From NCBI GenBank assembly GCA_963847705.1, contig CAWKBC010000021.1:256001-320000 (forward strand): DNA of 64,000 nucleotides, written 5' to 3'. A program made the translations under genes and the position numbers. The notes beneath the pieces were generated by a model. It ran no database searches and was not told the DNA's origin. It saw only the letters and a program-made list of their open reading frames with translations. This DNA is from an uncultured Pseudomonadota bacterium (GTDB lineage Bacteria > Myxococcota_A > Polyangia > Fen-1088). Position 1 is the stretch's first letter, and each line of letters begins with the position of its first letter. Positions 32,108 to 42,494 of this stretch are shown here, piece by piece.

Positions 32108-32533
32108 CTACGACTTCATCTGCACGTTGCCCTGCAGGATGACGTAGTCGCTCGGCTTCTCCGTGGTCCCACTCTGCTCGGCGGTCACGACGATCCTGAA
32201 CTTGGTGAGCGGGGTGACGAGATCGACCGATCCGTGCCGATGGCTGTCGATCCAGAGCTGGCCCAGGTTGCGCACGCGGCTGCCGTCGTCGGCGATCGAC
32301 CAGACGACGAACGTCGTCAGCGATCGATCCAACTCGTTCGGCTCCGGGAGGTAGTCAACGGTCAGGGCCACCTTGGTATTTCCTTGGCTGTCGCGCGCGA
32401 GTTTCATGCTCCCGGCGGCGGCCGGTGTCTTGGCGCCGGGCTCGAGCGCGATGGAAGACGCGCAGCCGCTCCCCCAGACGACAGCACCGGCGAGGAGAAG
32501 GACGAGACTGGATCTGATGGACGATCGGTTCAT
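32108..32533 (-). CDS. Hypothetical lipoprotein
   Basis: Lipobox GSGC; FVVW..NLGQL..VTAE; ATGA overlap with the upstream gene. Confidence 0.75.
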   Translation of the reverse strand: MNRSSIRSSLVLLLAGAVVWGSGCASSIALEPGAKTPAAAGSMKLARDSQGNTKVALTVDYLPEPNELDRSLTTFVVWSIADDGSRVRNLGQLWIDSHRHGSVDLVTPLTKFRIVVTAEQSGTTEKPSDYVILQGNVQMKS

Positions 32534-35500
32534 GGTGAGTGCTCTTTCGCTGGATGGTGAACGACCTCGACGGACGGGCGTGCCTGGCGCTGCTCTGAAA
32601 GCGCCAACTGCAGGACCTCTGCGATGTGCAGAGGCTTCCGGTTGGTGGTCTGGAGAATCTGTTGCCGGCAGCTGAATCCGTCGGCGATGATCAGCGTGTC
32701 GGCGTCTGCGGCCCGCACGGCCGGCAGCAGCACCCGCTCGGCCGCGGCCATCGAGACCTCGTAGTGGTCGGCCTCAAAGCCGAACGAGCCGGCCATCCCG
32801 CAACAGCCCGAGTCGAGAAGCTGGTAATCGAGGCCGAGCTTGTCGAGCAGAGAGGTCTCTTTGCTCATCCCGATCACCGCCTTGTGGTGGCAGTGGCCGT
32901 GCACGATCGCGCGGCGCTTCAACTTCGGCGGCTGGTAGTTCTCGTGCTCCAGAAACTCGCTGAGGAGCCAGGTCTGCTTGGCCAGCCGTTGAGCGTCCGC
33001 GTCGTGCGGCAGAAGGCCGATGAGCTCATCCCGAAAGGCGGCGATGCAGCTCGGCTCGAGTCCGACCAGCGGGATCCCGGCGCGGATCTGCGGCCGCAGG
33101 TGCTCGAGGATCTCGAGCCAGAGGCGCTTGGCCGCGGTCAACATCCCCCAGTCGTAGAGGGGGCGCCCGCAGCAGAGCGGGCGCTTGGGGATGTCCACCT
33201 CGAAGCCGGCACTCTCGAGCACGTCGACGGCGGCGCGCGCGGCGCCCGTCATGAGGAAGTTGTTGAAGGTATCGGGCCAGAGGATCACCCGCCGATGGTG
33301 CACCTGGCCCTCTGGCGTGGTCGACGCGCCGAAGGGGACCGGTGGCGTCGAAGAGCCGGCATCAATCAGCCGCGCCGGCCGGCGCTTGCCGAACCAGCGG
33401 CGAAAGGTCGGCGTCGCGAAGGGCGGCAGCCTGCGTTTTTGGGAGACGCCCGCCAGCCACTTGACCAGCGACGAGAACGGCGGCGTGCGGGCGAAGAAGT
33501 TCGCCAGCGCCGCGAAGGGCGCCACCAGACGCGCCCACCAGTAGATGAGGCCCATGGCGTAAGCGGTCCGTGGGCGGAGTCGTCCCTCGTAGTAGTGCGA
33601 GAGGAACTCGGCCTTGTAGGTGGCCATGTCGACGTTGACCGGGCAGTCCCCCTTGCAGCCCTTGCAGGCGAGGCACAGGTCCAGCGCCTGCTTGACGTTG
33701 TCGTCGCGCCAGCCGTCGGTGATCACCTGGCCTTCCGCCATCTCGAACAGAAGCCGCGCGCGGCCGCGCGTCGAGTCCTCTTCCTCGCGGGTGACCATGT
33801 AGCTCGGGCACATGACGCCGCCTTCGACCCGCCGGCAGGCGCCGACGCCGACGCAGCGCCCGGCCGCCTTGGCGAACGAGCCGCCGTCGTCGGGGAACGC
33901 GAAGTGGGTGGCGAGCGGCTTGGGAGCGTGCGTCGGCCCCTTGCGCAGGTTCTGATCGGGGGCGAAGGCGTCGACCACCTTGCCGGGGTTCATCTTCCCG
34001 TCCGGATCCCAGAGCCGCTTGAACTCGCCAAAGGCACGCACGAGATCTGCGCCGAACATCTTCGGCAAGAGCCACGCGCGCGCCTGGCCGTCGCCGTGCT
34101 CGCCGGAGAGCGAGCCGCCGTTGGCGACCACCAGATCGGAGGCCCGCTCGAGAAAGGCCAGCCAGTGCTTGACGCCGTCAGCGGTCCTGAAGTCGAAGTC
34201 GATGCGGCAGTGGACGCACCCCTGGCCAAAGTGGCCGTAGAGCGCCGCGTGGTAGCCGAACTCCTCGAGCAGCTTGCGGAAGGCGCGCAGGTAGACGCCC
34301 AGCTTCTCGGGCGGCACGGCGGCGTCTTCCCAGCCGGGGTGCGTCTCGCGCATCCCGGGGACCAGCGCCGTGGCGCCCAGGCCCGACTCGCGCACCTCCC
34401 ACAGCTTGTGCTCCTGCTTTTCGTCGTCGTAGAGCTTCATCGTCGGCGGGTGACGATCGGCTTTCAGCCGGGCCATCATCCGGTGGGCTTGCGCATCGGT
34501 GTCGGCCTTGGTCGGGCCGCCGAATTCGACCATCAACCAGCCCTTGCCTTCGGGCAGCATGCTGACGTCGTCGGGGTGCATCCCCTTCTTCTTCATATAG
34601 CCGATGAGCTCGTCGTCGATCCCTTCGAGGCCCACCGGCTTGTGCTTCATGACCTCGATGACGTGGTCGGCCGCCGAATAGACGTCTTCGTACCCGAGCA
34701 CCAGCAGGCTGCGCGCCGGCTTCTCCTCGATGAGCGTGACGGTCGCCGACAGGACCACCACGCAGGTTCCTTCGGTGCCGACCAGCGCCTGCGCCACCTG
34801 GAAGTGGTTCTCCTCGAGCAGCGCGTCCAGGTTGTAGCCGGAGACCCGGCGCGGGATCTTCGGGTAGCGGGCGCGGATCTCCTGGGCAGTGCGATCGCGC
34901 AGGGCGCGCAGGCCGCGATAGATCTCGGCCCTCCGACCCCCGCCGGAGACGATCTGCTCGAATTCGGCGGGCGAGGTGCGGCCGACGGTGAACCGCTCGC
35001 CGCCGTAGGTGAGGACGTCGAGCTCCACCACCTGGTGCCGCGTCAGCGGCCCCGGTCCATAGAGCTGCGCCATCACCGAGTGGACGCCGCAGGAGTTGTT
35101 CCCGATCATCCCGCCCAAGGTGTTGCGGCTGTGGGTGGCGGGATCGGGCCCGAAGGTGAGGCCGTGCGCGCGCGCCTCCTGGCGCAGTTGATCGAGGTTG
35201 CAGCCGGGTTGCACGCGGGCGAGCTTGGCGGCCGGATCGATCTCCAGCACGCGGTTCATGTACTTCGAGTAGTCGATGATCACGGCGGTGTTGCAGGTCT
35301 GGCCCGCCAGGCTGGTGCCGCCGCCGCGCGAGGTGATGGGCGCCCCGTGCTTGCGGCAGAGCGCCACGGTGGCGATCACGTCCTCGACGGTCCGCGGCAG
35401 CACGACGCCGATCGGAACCTGGCGGTAGTTGGACGAGTCAGTCGAATAAGCGGCCCGGCTGCCGTCGTCGAAGCGGACCTCACCGGCGATCGCGCGCCGC

Positions 35501-35661
35501 AGCTCCGTCGCCAACGCGGCCGCGTCGGAGATCTGGCCGGCGGTGGTGCCGGTCTTCTCCGAGCCGACCGTGGGTCGCCCCGGATAGTGGACCGGCTGCA
35601 CCTTCAGATGAAGTCGCGCTGCCGTCACAGCAGGTTGTCCGGGCTGGGATTCGGGTGGCAA
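32530..35661 (-). CDS. FAD-linked oxidase with Fe-S and CCG domains (GlcD/GlcF, D-2-hydroxyacid dehydrogenase-like)
   Basis: RGGGTSLAGQ, GGMIGNNSCG, SGEHGDG, CVGVGAC, CLACKGCKGDCP, two CCG motifs. Confidence 0.92.
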   Translation of the reverse strand: MPPESQPGQPAVTAARLHLKVQPVHYPGRPTVGSEKTGTTAGQISDAAALATELRRAIAGEVRFDDGSRAAYSTDSSNYRQVPIGVVLPRTVEDVIATVALCRKHGAPITSRGGGTSLAGQTCNTAVIIDYSKYMNRVLEIDPAAKLARVQPGCNLDQLRQEARAHGLTFGPDPATHSRNTLGGMIGNNSCGVHSVMAQLYGPGPLTRHQVVELDVLTYGGERFTVGRTSPAEFEQIVSGGGRRAEIYRGLRALRDRTAQEIRARYPKIPRRVSGYNLDALLEENHFQVAQALVGTEGTCVVVLSATVTLIEEKPARSLLVLGYEDVYSAADHVIEVMKHKPVGLEGIDDELIGYMKKKGMHPDDVSMLPEGKGWLMVEFGGPTKADTDAQAHRMMARLKADRHPPTMKLYDDEKQEHKLWEVRESGLGATALVPGMRETHPGWEDAAVPPEKLGVYLRAFRKLLEEFGYHAALYGHFGQGCVHCRIDFDFRTADGVKHWLAFLERASDLVVANGGSLSGEHGDGQARAWLLPKMFGADLVRAFGEFKRLWDPDGKMNPGKVVDAFAPDQNLRKGPTHAPKPLATHFAFPDDGGSFAKAAGRCVGVGACRRVEGGVMCPSYMVTREEEDSTRGRARLLFEMAEGQVITDGWRDDNVKQALDLCLACKGCKGDCPVNVDMATYKAEFLSHYYEGRLRPRTAYAMGLIYWWARLVAPFAALANFFARTPPFSSLVKWLAGVSQKRRLPPFATPTFRRWFGKRRPARLIDAGSSTPPVPFGASTTPEGQVHHRRVILWPDTFNNFLMTGAARAAVDVLESAGFEVDIPKRPLCCGRPLYDWGMLTAAKRLWLEILEHLRPQIRAGIPLVGLEPSCIAAFRDELIGLLPHDADAQRLAKQTWLLSEFLEHENYQPPKLKRRAIVHGHCHHKAVIGMSKETSLLDKLGLDYQLLDSGCCGMAGSFGFEADHYEVSMAAAERVLLPAVRAADADTLIIADGFSCRQQILQTTNRKPLHIAEVLQLALSEQRQARPSVEVVHHPAKEHSP

Positions 35662-35671
35662 CAGGCGCTCC

Positions 35672-37462
35672 TTACGAGCGCTTCCGGTGCGGCAGGATCT
35701 TCGCGACCAACTCGGTGAAGCTCTGATGGATGATCCCCCCTTCGTCGGGATCGCCTTTGAAGAGCGTCGAGGTGTACTTCGCCGCTTGCTCGAGCGTGAT
35801 GTGGGGCGGCAGCGGCGGCACGTCGGGATCGGTCACCACCTCGACGACCACCGGGCGGTCGGCCCTGAAAGCGGCGTCCCAGGCCGGCGCAATGGCCTCC
35901 GGTGCGTCGACCCGTATTCCCTGCAACCCCAGCATCTCGGCGTAGCGCGCGTAGGGAAAGTCGCAGATCTCCTGCGACGCCTCGAACTTGGGGTTCCCTT
36001 CCATCACCCGCATCTCCCAGGTGACCTGGTTGAGATCGCCATTGTTGAGCACCAGGACCACGAGGCGCGGGTCCGACCACTCTTTCCAGTAGTGCGCGAT
36101 CGTGAGGAGGCCATTGTTGCCGAGCATCTGCATCGCGCCGTCGCCCACCATCGCGACCGGTACCCGTTCCGGGTAGGCGAACTTGGCGGCGATGGCGTAC
36201 GGCACGCCGGGGCACATGGTGGCGAGATTGCCCGAGAGGCTCGCCATCATGCCGGGACGGATCTTGATGTCGCGCGCGTACCAGTTGGCCGACGAGCCCG
36301 AATCCGAGCTCAAGATCGCGTTGTCGGGCAGGCGGGGCGAGAGCTCCCGAAACACGCGCTGCGGATTGATCGGCTTGGCCGGCTGCATCGCCCGCGCCTC
36401 CATCAGCTCCCACCACTCCTCGAGGTGGCCGGCGATCTCCTTGCGCCAGGCGCGGTCTTCCTTGCGCCGGAGCAACGGAATGAGCGCGCGCAGCGTCTCC
36501 TTGCTGTCGCCGGTCAAGTTGAGCTCCATGGGATAGCGGATCCCGAGCATCTTCGGATCGAGATCGATCTGGACGCCGCGCGCCTTGCCTTCGCGGGGGA
36601 GAAATTCCGAATAGGGGAAGCTGGAGCCGACCATGAGGAGGGTGTCGCAATCCATCATCAGATCCCAGCTCGGCTTGGTCCCGAGAAGCCCGATGGAGCC
36701 TGTCACGAAGGGCAGATCGTCGGGAACCACCGCCTTGCCGAGGAGAGCCTTGGCGATCCCGGCGCCCAGGAGATCGGCGACCTCCAGCACCTCGGCGGAG
36801 GCTTGCAGCGCGCCGGCGCCGACCAGCATGGCCACCTTCTTTCCTTCGTTGAGGATGGCGGCGGCCTTTTGCAGATCGACGTCGGTGGGGACGACCCGCG
36901 GCGTGCTGTAGGCGTAACCGGAGTGCACGGTGCCGTGGGCGCGCGGCGGTTCCTCGACGGCATCGACGTCCTGGACATCGTTCGGCAGGATGATGCAGGT
37001 GACGGTCCGCTCCGCCTTGGCGATGCGGAACGCGCGGTCGACGAGATGCCGTACCTGCGCCGGATCCGAGACCATGTGGACGTACTCGTGCGCGACGTCC
37101 TTGAAGAGCGAGATCAGATCGACCTCCTGCTGGTAGGAGCCGCCGAGCGCCTTGCGCGACTGCTGCCCCACGATGGCGACCACCGGCTGATGGTCCATCT
37201 TTGCGTCGTAAAGACCGTTCAAGAGGTGGATGGCGCCGGGGCCCGAGGTGGCCATGCAGACGCCGACCTCGCCGGTAAACTTGGCGTGCGCGCAGGCCAT
37301 GAAGGCCGCCATCTCTTCATGGCTGGTGCGCACCAGCTTGAAGCGCTCACCGGCGCGCTGCAGGGCGCCCATGAGACCGTTGATCCCATCGCCCGGAAAG
37401 CCGTAGATGCGCTTGACACCCCAGAGCGACAACCGCTGCAACAAGAAATCGCTGACCGTCAT
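35672..37462 (-). CDS. Thiamine-pyrophosphate enzyme, pyruvate oxidase (PoxB)-like
   Basis: GFPGDGING, HEEMAAFMA, TSGPGAIHLLNGLYDA, GDGAMQM..LNN. Confidence 0.92.
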   Translation of the reverse strand: MTVSDFLLQRLSLWGVKRIYGFPGDGINGLMGALQRAGERFKLVRTSHEEMAAFMACAHAKFTGEVGVCMATSGPGAIHLLNGLYDAKMDHQPVVAIVGQQSRKALGGSYQQEVDLISLFKDVAHEYVHMVSDPAQVRHLVDRAFRIAKAERTVTCIILPNDVQDVDAVEEPPRAHGTVHSGYAYSTPRVVPTDVDLQKAAAILNEGKKVAMLVGAGALQASAEVLEVADLLGAGIAKALLGKAVVPDDLPFVTGSIGLLGTKPSWDLMMDCDTLLMVGSSFPYSEFLPREGKARGVQIDLDPKMLGIRYPMELNLTGDSKETLRALIPLLRRKEDRAWRKEIAGHLEEWWELMEARAMQPAKPINPQRVFRELSPRLPDNAILSSDSGSSANWYARDIKIRPGMMASLSGNLATMCPGVPYAIAAKFAYPERVPVAMVGDGAMQMLGNNGLLTIAHYWKEWSDPRLVVLVLNNGDLNQVTWEMRVMEGNPKFEASQEICDFPYARYAEMLGLQGIRVDAPEAIAPAWDAAFRADRPVVVEVVTDPDVPPLPPHITLEQAAKYTSTLFKGDPDEGGIIHQSFTELVAKILPHRKRS

Positions 37463-37663
37463 CGACATCCGCGCCCATCCTCCATGCGAGGCCCACCCGC
37501 CGAGGCGGATAATCCGCGGCGGCATCCGCAAGCTACTCACGAGATCGGCCGCGTCTACGGGAGCTCGACCCGATTCTCTCGACCCGATTCTGATGATGAC
37601 AATGAGGGATGCGGAGTCAGCAAGAGACCCTCCCCGACGCGATCTCAATGATAGATACCCACC

Positions 37664-38584
37664 ATGCCTGCCTCGTCAAAACGAGCGCTCGTGGGTGCCA
37701 TGGCGGCCAACCTGGGGATCGCGGCCACCAAGTTTCTCGTTGGGGGCATCACCAGCAGCACAGTGATGATCGCGGAGGGGATTCACTCTCTGGTCGATAC
37801 GGGGAACTCGGCTCTGATGCTGTTGGGCGAACGGCGAAGCCGCTGCCCCGCCGACGAGGCCCATCCATTCGGCTATGGAATGGAGCTCTACTTCTGGAGC
37901 TTCGTGGTGGCGATGGTGGTCTTCGGCGGCGGCGGGGGACTCTCGATCTATGAGGGGATTCGCGCCCTTTTTCATCCACGGACCGTCACTAACCTCTGGC
38001 TCAACTACCTCGTCATCGGCGTGGCGGCCGCTTTCGAGGGAACCTCCCTCGCGATCGGGGTCCGCGAGTTCGCCGCCTACCGACGCGAAAAGCGCTTCGA
38101 GGGTTCGATGCTGTCGGTCATGCGGGCCAGCAAGAATCCCGCGATCTTCGTGACCGTCCTCGAGGATTCGGCGGCGCTCGTCGGATTGGCCATCGCCGCG
38201 GGGGGGCTCACGGTCGGCCGCTATTTCGGGCTGCCCGCCGCCGACGCCGTAGCATCGATCCTCATCGGCGTGGTGCTGATGGTCGAGGCCAGCCTTCTCG
38301 GCTTCGAATGCCGCGGGCTCATCATCGGCGAGGCGGCCCGGCCGGTCGTCATCGCTGAAATCCGTCGCGTCCTTGCGCAGCATCCCGAAATCGATCGCGT
38401 CGACGAGTTGCGTACCCTCCAACTGGGGCCGGAGTCAGTCATGCTCGTCCTGGGGATCTCAGCGGAGTCGGCGATGACCGGCGGCGAAGTTCAACGCGCC
38501 CGCGCGAGGCTGGCGGCGGACCTTCGCCAGGCGGTTCCCACAATCAAGTACGTTGTCTACGACCCCGAGCCCAATCGCCGATAG
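37664..38584 (+). CDS. Cation diffusion facilitator family transporter
   Basis: AEGIHSLVD, HPFGYG, VLEDSAA, DAVASILIG. Confidence 0.9.
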   Translation: MPASSKRALVGAMAANLGIAATKFLVGGITSSTVMIAEGIHSLVDTGNSALMLLGERRSRCPADEAHPFGYGMELYFWSFVVAMVVFGGGGGLSIYEGIRALFHPRTVTNLWLNYLVIGVAAAFEGTSLAIGVREFAAYRREKRFEGSMLSVMRASKNPAIFVTVLEDSAALVGLAIAAGGLTVGRYFGLPAADAVASILIGVVLMVEASLLGFECRGLIIGEAARPVVIAEIRRVLAQHPEIDRVDELRTLQLGPESVMLVLGISAESAMTGGEVQRARARLAADLRQAVPTIKYVVYDPEPNRR

Positions 38585-38684
38585 CCGCACGGGATTCGGC
38601 CTCCGTCGGGTTGTGTGTCGAATGAGCATGGACATCTTGAGGGTATTCCTGATGGCGATTCACACCTCGGCAAAGGAGGACGGC

Positions 38685-39749
38685 GTGCGCAAGCGAAGGC
38701 TCGAGGGGAAAAGGGCGGTCGTGACTGGGGCCTCGAGCGGCGTCGGACGGGCAATCGTGCGCGCCTTTGGCGAGGAGGGCGCGAAGGTGGCTCTCCTCGC
38801 CAGAAACATCGACGGACTGGAAGCGGCTGCCCAGGAGGTTCGGGACTCGGGCTCGGAGGCGCTCGTCCTTCCGCTTGACGTGGCCGACGCCGAAGCGGTC
38901 GACGCCGCCGCCGATTGCGTCGTGAAGGAGTGGGGCGATATCGATATCTGGGTCAACGACGCCATGGTGTCGGTGTTCTCTCCGATTCGGGAGATGACCG
39001 CTCAGGAATTTCGCCGGGTCACGGAGGTGTGCTACCTCGGGTACGTCCATGGAACCCTGGCCGCTCTTCGGCACATGCGCCCGCGGAACAGCGGCCTGAT
39101 CATCCAAATCGGTTCGGCGTTGGCCTATCGGTCGATTCCGCTTCAGAGCGCCTATTGCGCGTCGAAGGCCGCGATCCGTGGGTTCACCGACTCCCTCCGC
39201 AGTGAGCTCATACACGACGACAGCAAGGTCGCCGTCACAATGCTTCAGCTTCCCGCCGTGAACACGCCGCAGTTCGACGTCGTGCGAAATCGCCTTCCAG
39301 AACATCCCCAGCCGGTGCCGCCGATCTACCAGCCCGAGGTGATCGCACAGGCCGCGGTGCACGCGGCGCTGCACCCGAAGCGTGAGGTTTGGATCGGTTG
39401 GAGCGCGACCAAGGCGATCATCGGGCAGCGCTTGATTCCGGGGTTCCTCGATCGTTACTTGGCAAAGCGGGCGTGGACGGCCCAGGAGACCGATCGGCTC
39501 CCGCCGGGACATCCCCTGAAGCACGACAGAGACAACGTGGATCAGCCGATTCCGGGCGATCGCGGGGCTCACGGCGCGTTCGATTCCAGGGCACGGAGAA
39601 TGAGCACGAAGATGTGGGCGCGCACCCACCTGGGCTGGGTCGCCGTCACCGGCAGCGTGCTGGTCGCCGCGCTGATCTGGTGGCGGAATGAGCGCAGATC
39701 TCCTTCGGCTCTCCGGTACTGGTCTTCAGTACGCTCGCCCGCGGCCTAG
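38685..39749 (+). CDS. SDR family oxidoreductase
   Basis: RBS AGGAGG with GTG start; TGASSGVG, YCASK, PVPPIYQPE. Confidence 0.9.
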   Translation: MRKRRLEGKRAVVTGASSGVGRAIVRAFGEEGAKVALLARNIDGLEAAAQEVRDSGSEALVLPLDVADAEAVDAAADCVVKEWGDIDIWVNDAMVSVFSPIREMTAQEFRRVTEVCYLGYVHGTLAALRHMRPRNSGLIIQIGSALAYRSIPLQSAYCASKAAIRGFTDSLRSELIHDDSKVAVTMLQLPAVNTPQFDVVRNRLPEHPQPVPPIYQPEVIAQAAVHAALHPKREVWIGWSATKAIIGQRLIPGFLDRYLAKRAWTAQETDRLPPGHPLKHDRDNVDQPIPGDRGAHGAFDSRARRMSTKMWARTHLGWVAVTGSVLVAALIWWRNERRSPSALRYWSSVRSPAA

Positions 39750-39798
39750 ACTAGACCGCTTTTAGATTGACCAGATCGACGGGGCATGATCAAACGTC

Positions 39799-40143
39799 GA
39801 GACTGGATCCGCGAACGCGTTCATCAGATCGTCCGCCCGCACTTATCTCGGGCGCTGGACCGCGAACAAGGCGAGGGCTCTGAGTGTAACCGTCCCGCAA
39901 ATCGTTTCGGATGACCTCTACGAGAGGGATGACAAGGCGCTGATCAGCGCCGGACGTCGAGGTCAGCTTCGAAACTCCCACGAGTACCTCCTGCAGGGTA
40001 TCTCTACCTGTGGCGTGTGTGGCGCTCGGATCGGATGCGCCTCGAGCGGTACCTGGACCTCGCAGAAGGGTAAGAAGCGGGTTTTCTATTACGTCTGTTC
40101 GAAACGACGGAGACCCCCGCAGCCCGGTCGCCCAGCTGTTTGA
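39799..40143 (+). pseudogene. Remnant of a large serine recombinase (recombinase-domain end plus zinc ribbon)
   Basis: Not in the ORF track. Frame 1 reads TYLGRW..VPQIVSDDLYE..HEYLLQGISTCGVCGARIG..FYYVCS then a stop; a frameshifted WIRERVHQIV lies upstream. Confidence 0.7.
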
Positions 40144-40229
40144 CGACGAAGCGCCGAGAGATGCCGACCGAACGAAAGAGGAGAGGACCACGACGGCAAT
40201 GCACGAATAGCTGGCCTCGGGCCGAGCGG

Positions 40230-40514
40230 TCAGTACTGCCGACCCGCGCCACCCGGTACGGCGAGGCCTGCATCGAAAGCCGCGGAAGCGGTGGCACGCC
40301 TCGGCAAATGGATCGTGAAGGTCGTTCCTTCCGAGGACGAAGAAGTCACCTCGACCGTGCCGCCGTGGGCCCGCACGATCTCGTTGACGATGAAGAGTCC
40401 AAGCCCAAGTCCACGCGAGTAGTCGCGTCGGTGGCGGGTACCGCGGAACGGATCGAAGAGGCTGGGGAGAAGTGAGTCAGGAATGACGCCCTGATTGTGC
40501 ACCTGCAACGTCAC
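40230..40514 (-). pseudogene. C-terminal HATPase fragment of a histidine kinase
   Basis: VHNQG.IP..LFDPF..GLGLGLFIVNEIVRAHGG..TFTIHLP, with no H-box or N-box upstream. Confidence 0.75.
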
Positions 40515-41189
40515 GGCGTACCCATCGCATACCTATGGGCTCGGACGATTCGACGCGCCCGCGCAGCGGGTTTGCCTCGGGGCGCCGGCCGGGAGCGCGG
40601 CCGTGCCGCCGACGCCAAGCGCAGGAGGAGTGCTGTCGAACGGGCGCTCACCAGCCAGGCCGCCGCGGCGGTCTGGTCGACGCGGAGCTACTCGGGCTCG
40701 GGAACGCTGGCAGAGAGGCTTCTAGGGTGCCTTGGAGCGGCCCCAGGTGTTACGCGCGTCGAGCGGGAGGGTTCCGAAGAAGGCTTCGTATCGAGCGAGC
40801 CAGGCGGTGGTCTCGCGGCCTGGATAGCCCTTTCGCGGGATGAGGCCGCAGAGAGAGGCTGACGTCTTATCGATGGCGCGAGCAGGCGATCGCGCTCGAC
40901 CTTCGCCAGGATCGCAGCGGCCATCACGGAAGGCTCGGATCCACGGCCTGAGACATTTCGACCGGTCGACGAGAGCGAGCTTGAAGCCCGTCGACCACAT
41001 CGATACCGCAAGCAATTGGCGCGAGCGTCGCCGCATTCTCCTGAAGAGTGCGCGAGTCTACGATCGGCTCGACGAACTGATCGCGGGCGCGAAGGCGAAC
41101 CAAATGTCGCTCGCCGTGTTCAAGCCTATCAGCTCCGATAGTGGCTGTCCCGACGCGATGCGCAGGCGAGGTCGGCGCGCGGGTACCGA

Positions 41190-42485
41190 CTAGCGAGACA
41201 TCACGACGACATCGAGGACGCCTGTCTCACTACGCGTTCCCGCGAGCACCTCACGGAGCGGCCGGCGCGGCTTGCCCCTCCACCGGAAGTAACCGATGCC
41301 CGAAGCGTAGACGCGCACCGTCGGGTAGTCCCGAGCCAGGCAGGACCAGGGCATTCGCCAGATGTTCGGGGTGTCTGTACTGTGCGGGTGCTGCAGGACG
41401 ATTGTCGGCTTGAAGCGGACCGTGGCCTTGGCCATCGCATCGCAGCGTCGTCGCCGAACGCCGTTCGGGCTCTGGTTCGCTCGAGCGCGAGCGCTGAACA
41501 TATTGAGATCATGGCAGCCGAGGACGAGTACCTTCTCGTTCGCGATCTTGAGTAGGTGCGTCTCGACATCGGAGACCTGCACGAGAAGCGCCGCCTGATT
41601 GCCGGTCGGATAGGACTTCCCAGTCCATCGAACGATCTCGCCGGAGTCGCAGTCGATTACGGCGACGAGCTCGGCGTGCTGGGCGTCGCTTATGAGGTCG
41701 ACGCCGATCGTGAGGACGCGTGTCCGCACGTTGGCAGCAGCGAGCGCCTTCTTCGTCACGCAGGCACCGACCAGCGGCTTTGCGACGCGAATCAGAGCAT
41801 TGAGATCGTCCGATGATGAATCCCACGCGAGCCCACCAGACCATCGCGGCGGAAAGTCACCGACGATAAAGCCACCGGGCGTGATGGTGAACTTGGCCCG
41901 GCTCGAGATGGGCCAGTTCTCGAACGCCTCGAGCAGCATCTCCCCGGCGGTGCGTGGAGACGATGCGGGCTTTCCGTGAACAACGATTCGCACGACGGGC
42001 TGGAGACCTTCCACCACTCGCAGCGCCGACACCTTGGTCGGAGGCGGCGCGGCCGGCTTCGCGGTCGGAGGCAGTGTTGCGCGCGCCCTCGCTCCGATAG
42101 GTTTCGGCGCGGGCAGTCCTGGGCCGACGATGGTGAAGCCTAGTGCCTGCAGCACGGCGTTCGTCTCCTGGCCGCCGGAGAACTCTTGTGGGCGAAGTTC
42201 TCGCCCCGTTGCGGCGGCGACGGCAAGCGAGACCACGTACTTAGGCGGGTAGCGTCGCCCGTCGACAACGAGCTGGAACTTCCTCGGCTCACGCCGGGAC
42301 GCTGATCGAAACCGATCGAGGTCCGGCTGCTCGAGGAGAACGGTATCCGAGGCGTTCCCCTGCGAGTCGAGGTCGACCAGCAGGGTTCGCGATCCCTGTT
42401 CGGAAGCGAGAAACGCGAGGTGAGCGGAGACGGTTGTTTTACCGGTTCCCCCCTTGTGGATTCCGACTGTGCAGACTTTTCCCAT
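41190..42485 (-). CDS. Chimeric ORF: ParA N-terminus + McrA-head-like domain + carbon-nitrogen-hydrolase-like domain
   Basis: KGGTGKTT..LVDLDSQGNAS (ParA, only about 60 aa); RYPPKYVVSLA..FSGGQETNAVLQALGF; TPGGF..GKSYP..LVLGCHDLN. RBS AAGGAG. Confidence 0.65.
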   Translation of the reverse strand: MGKVCTVGIHKGGTGKTTVSAHLAFLASEQGSRTLLVDLDSQGNASDTVLLEQPDLDRFRSASRREPRKFQLVVDGRRYPPKYVVSLAVAAATGRELRPQEFSGGQETNAVLQALGFTIVGPGLPAPKPIGARARATLPPTAKPAAPPPTKVSALRVVEGLQPVVRIVVHGKPASSPRTAGEMLLEAFENWPISSRAKFTITPGGFIVGDFPPRWSGGLAWDSSSDDLNALIRVAKPLVGACVTKKALAAANVRTRVLTIGVDLISDAQHAELVAVIDCDSGEIVRWTGKSYPTGNQAALLVQVSDVETHLLKIANEKVLVLGCHDLNMFSARARANQSPNGVRRRRCDAMAKATVRFKPTIVLQHPHSTDTPNIWRMPWSCLARDYPTVRVYASGIGYFRWRGKPRRPLREVLAGTRSETGVLDVVVMSR

Positions 42486-42494
42486 GATTTCTCC

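Noticed and set aside
32626-37651. Very long plus-strand ORFs (1030 aa and 654 aa)
   Set aside because: They are antisense shadows of the FAD/Fe-S and TPP genes, which is common in high-GC DNA, and have no recognisable motifs.
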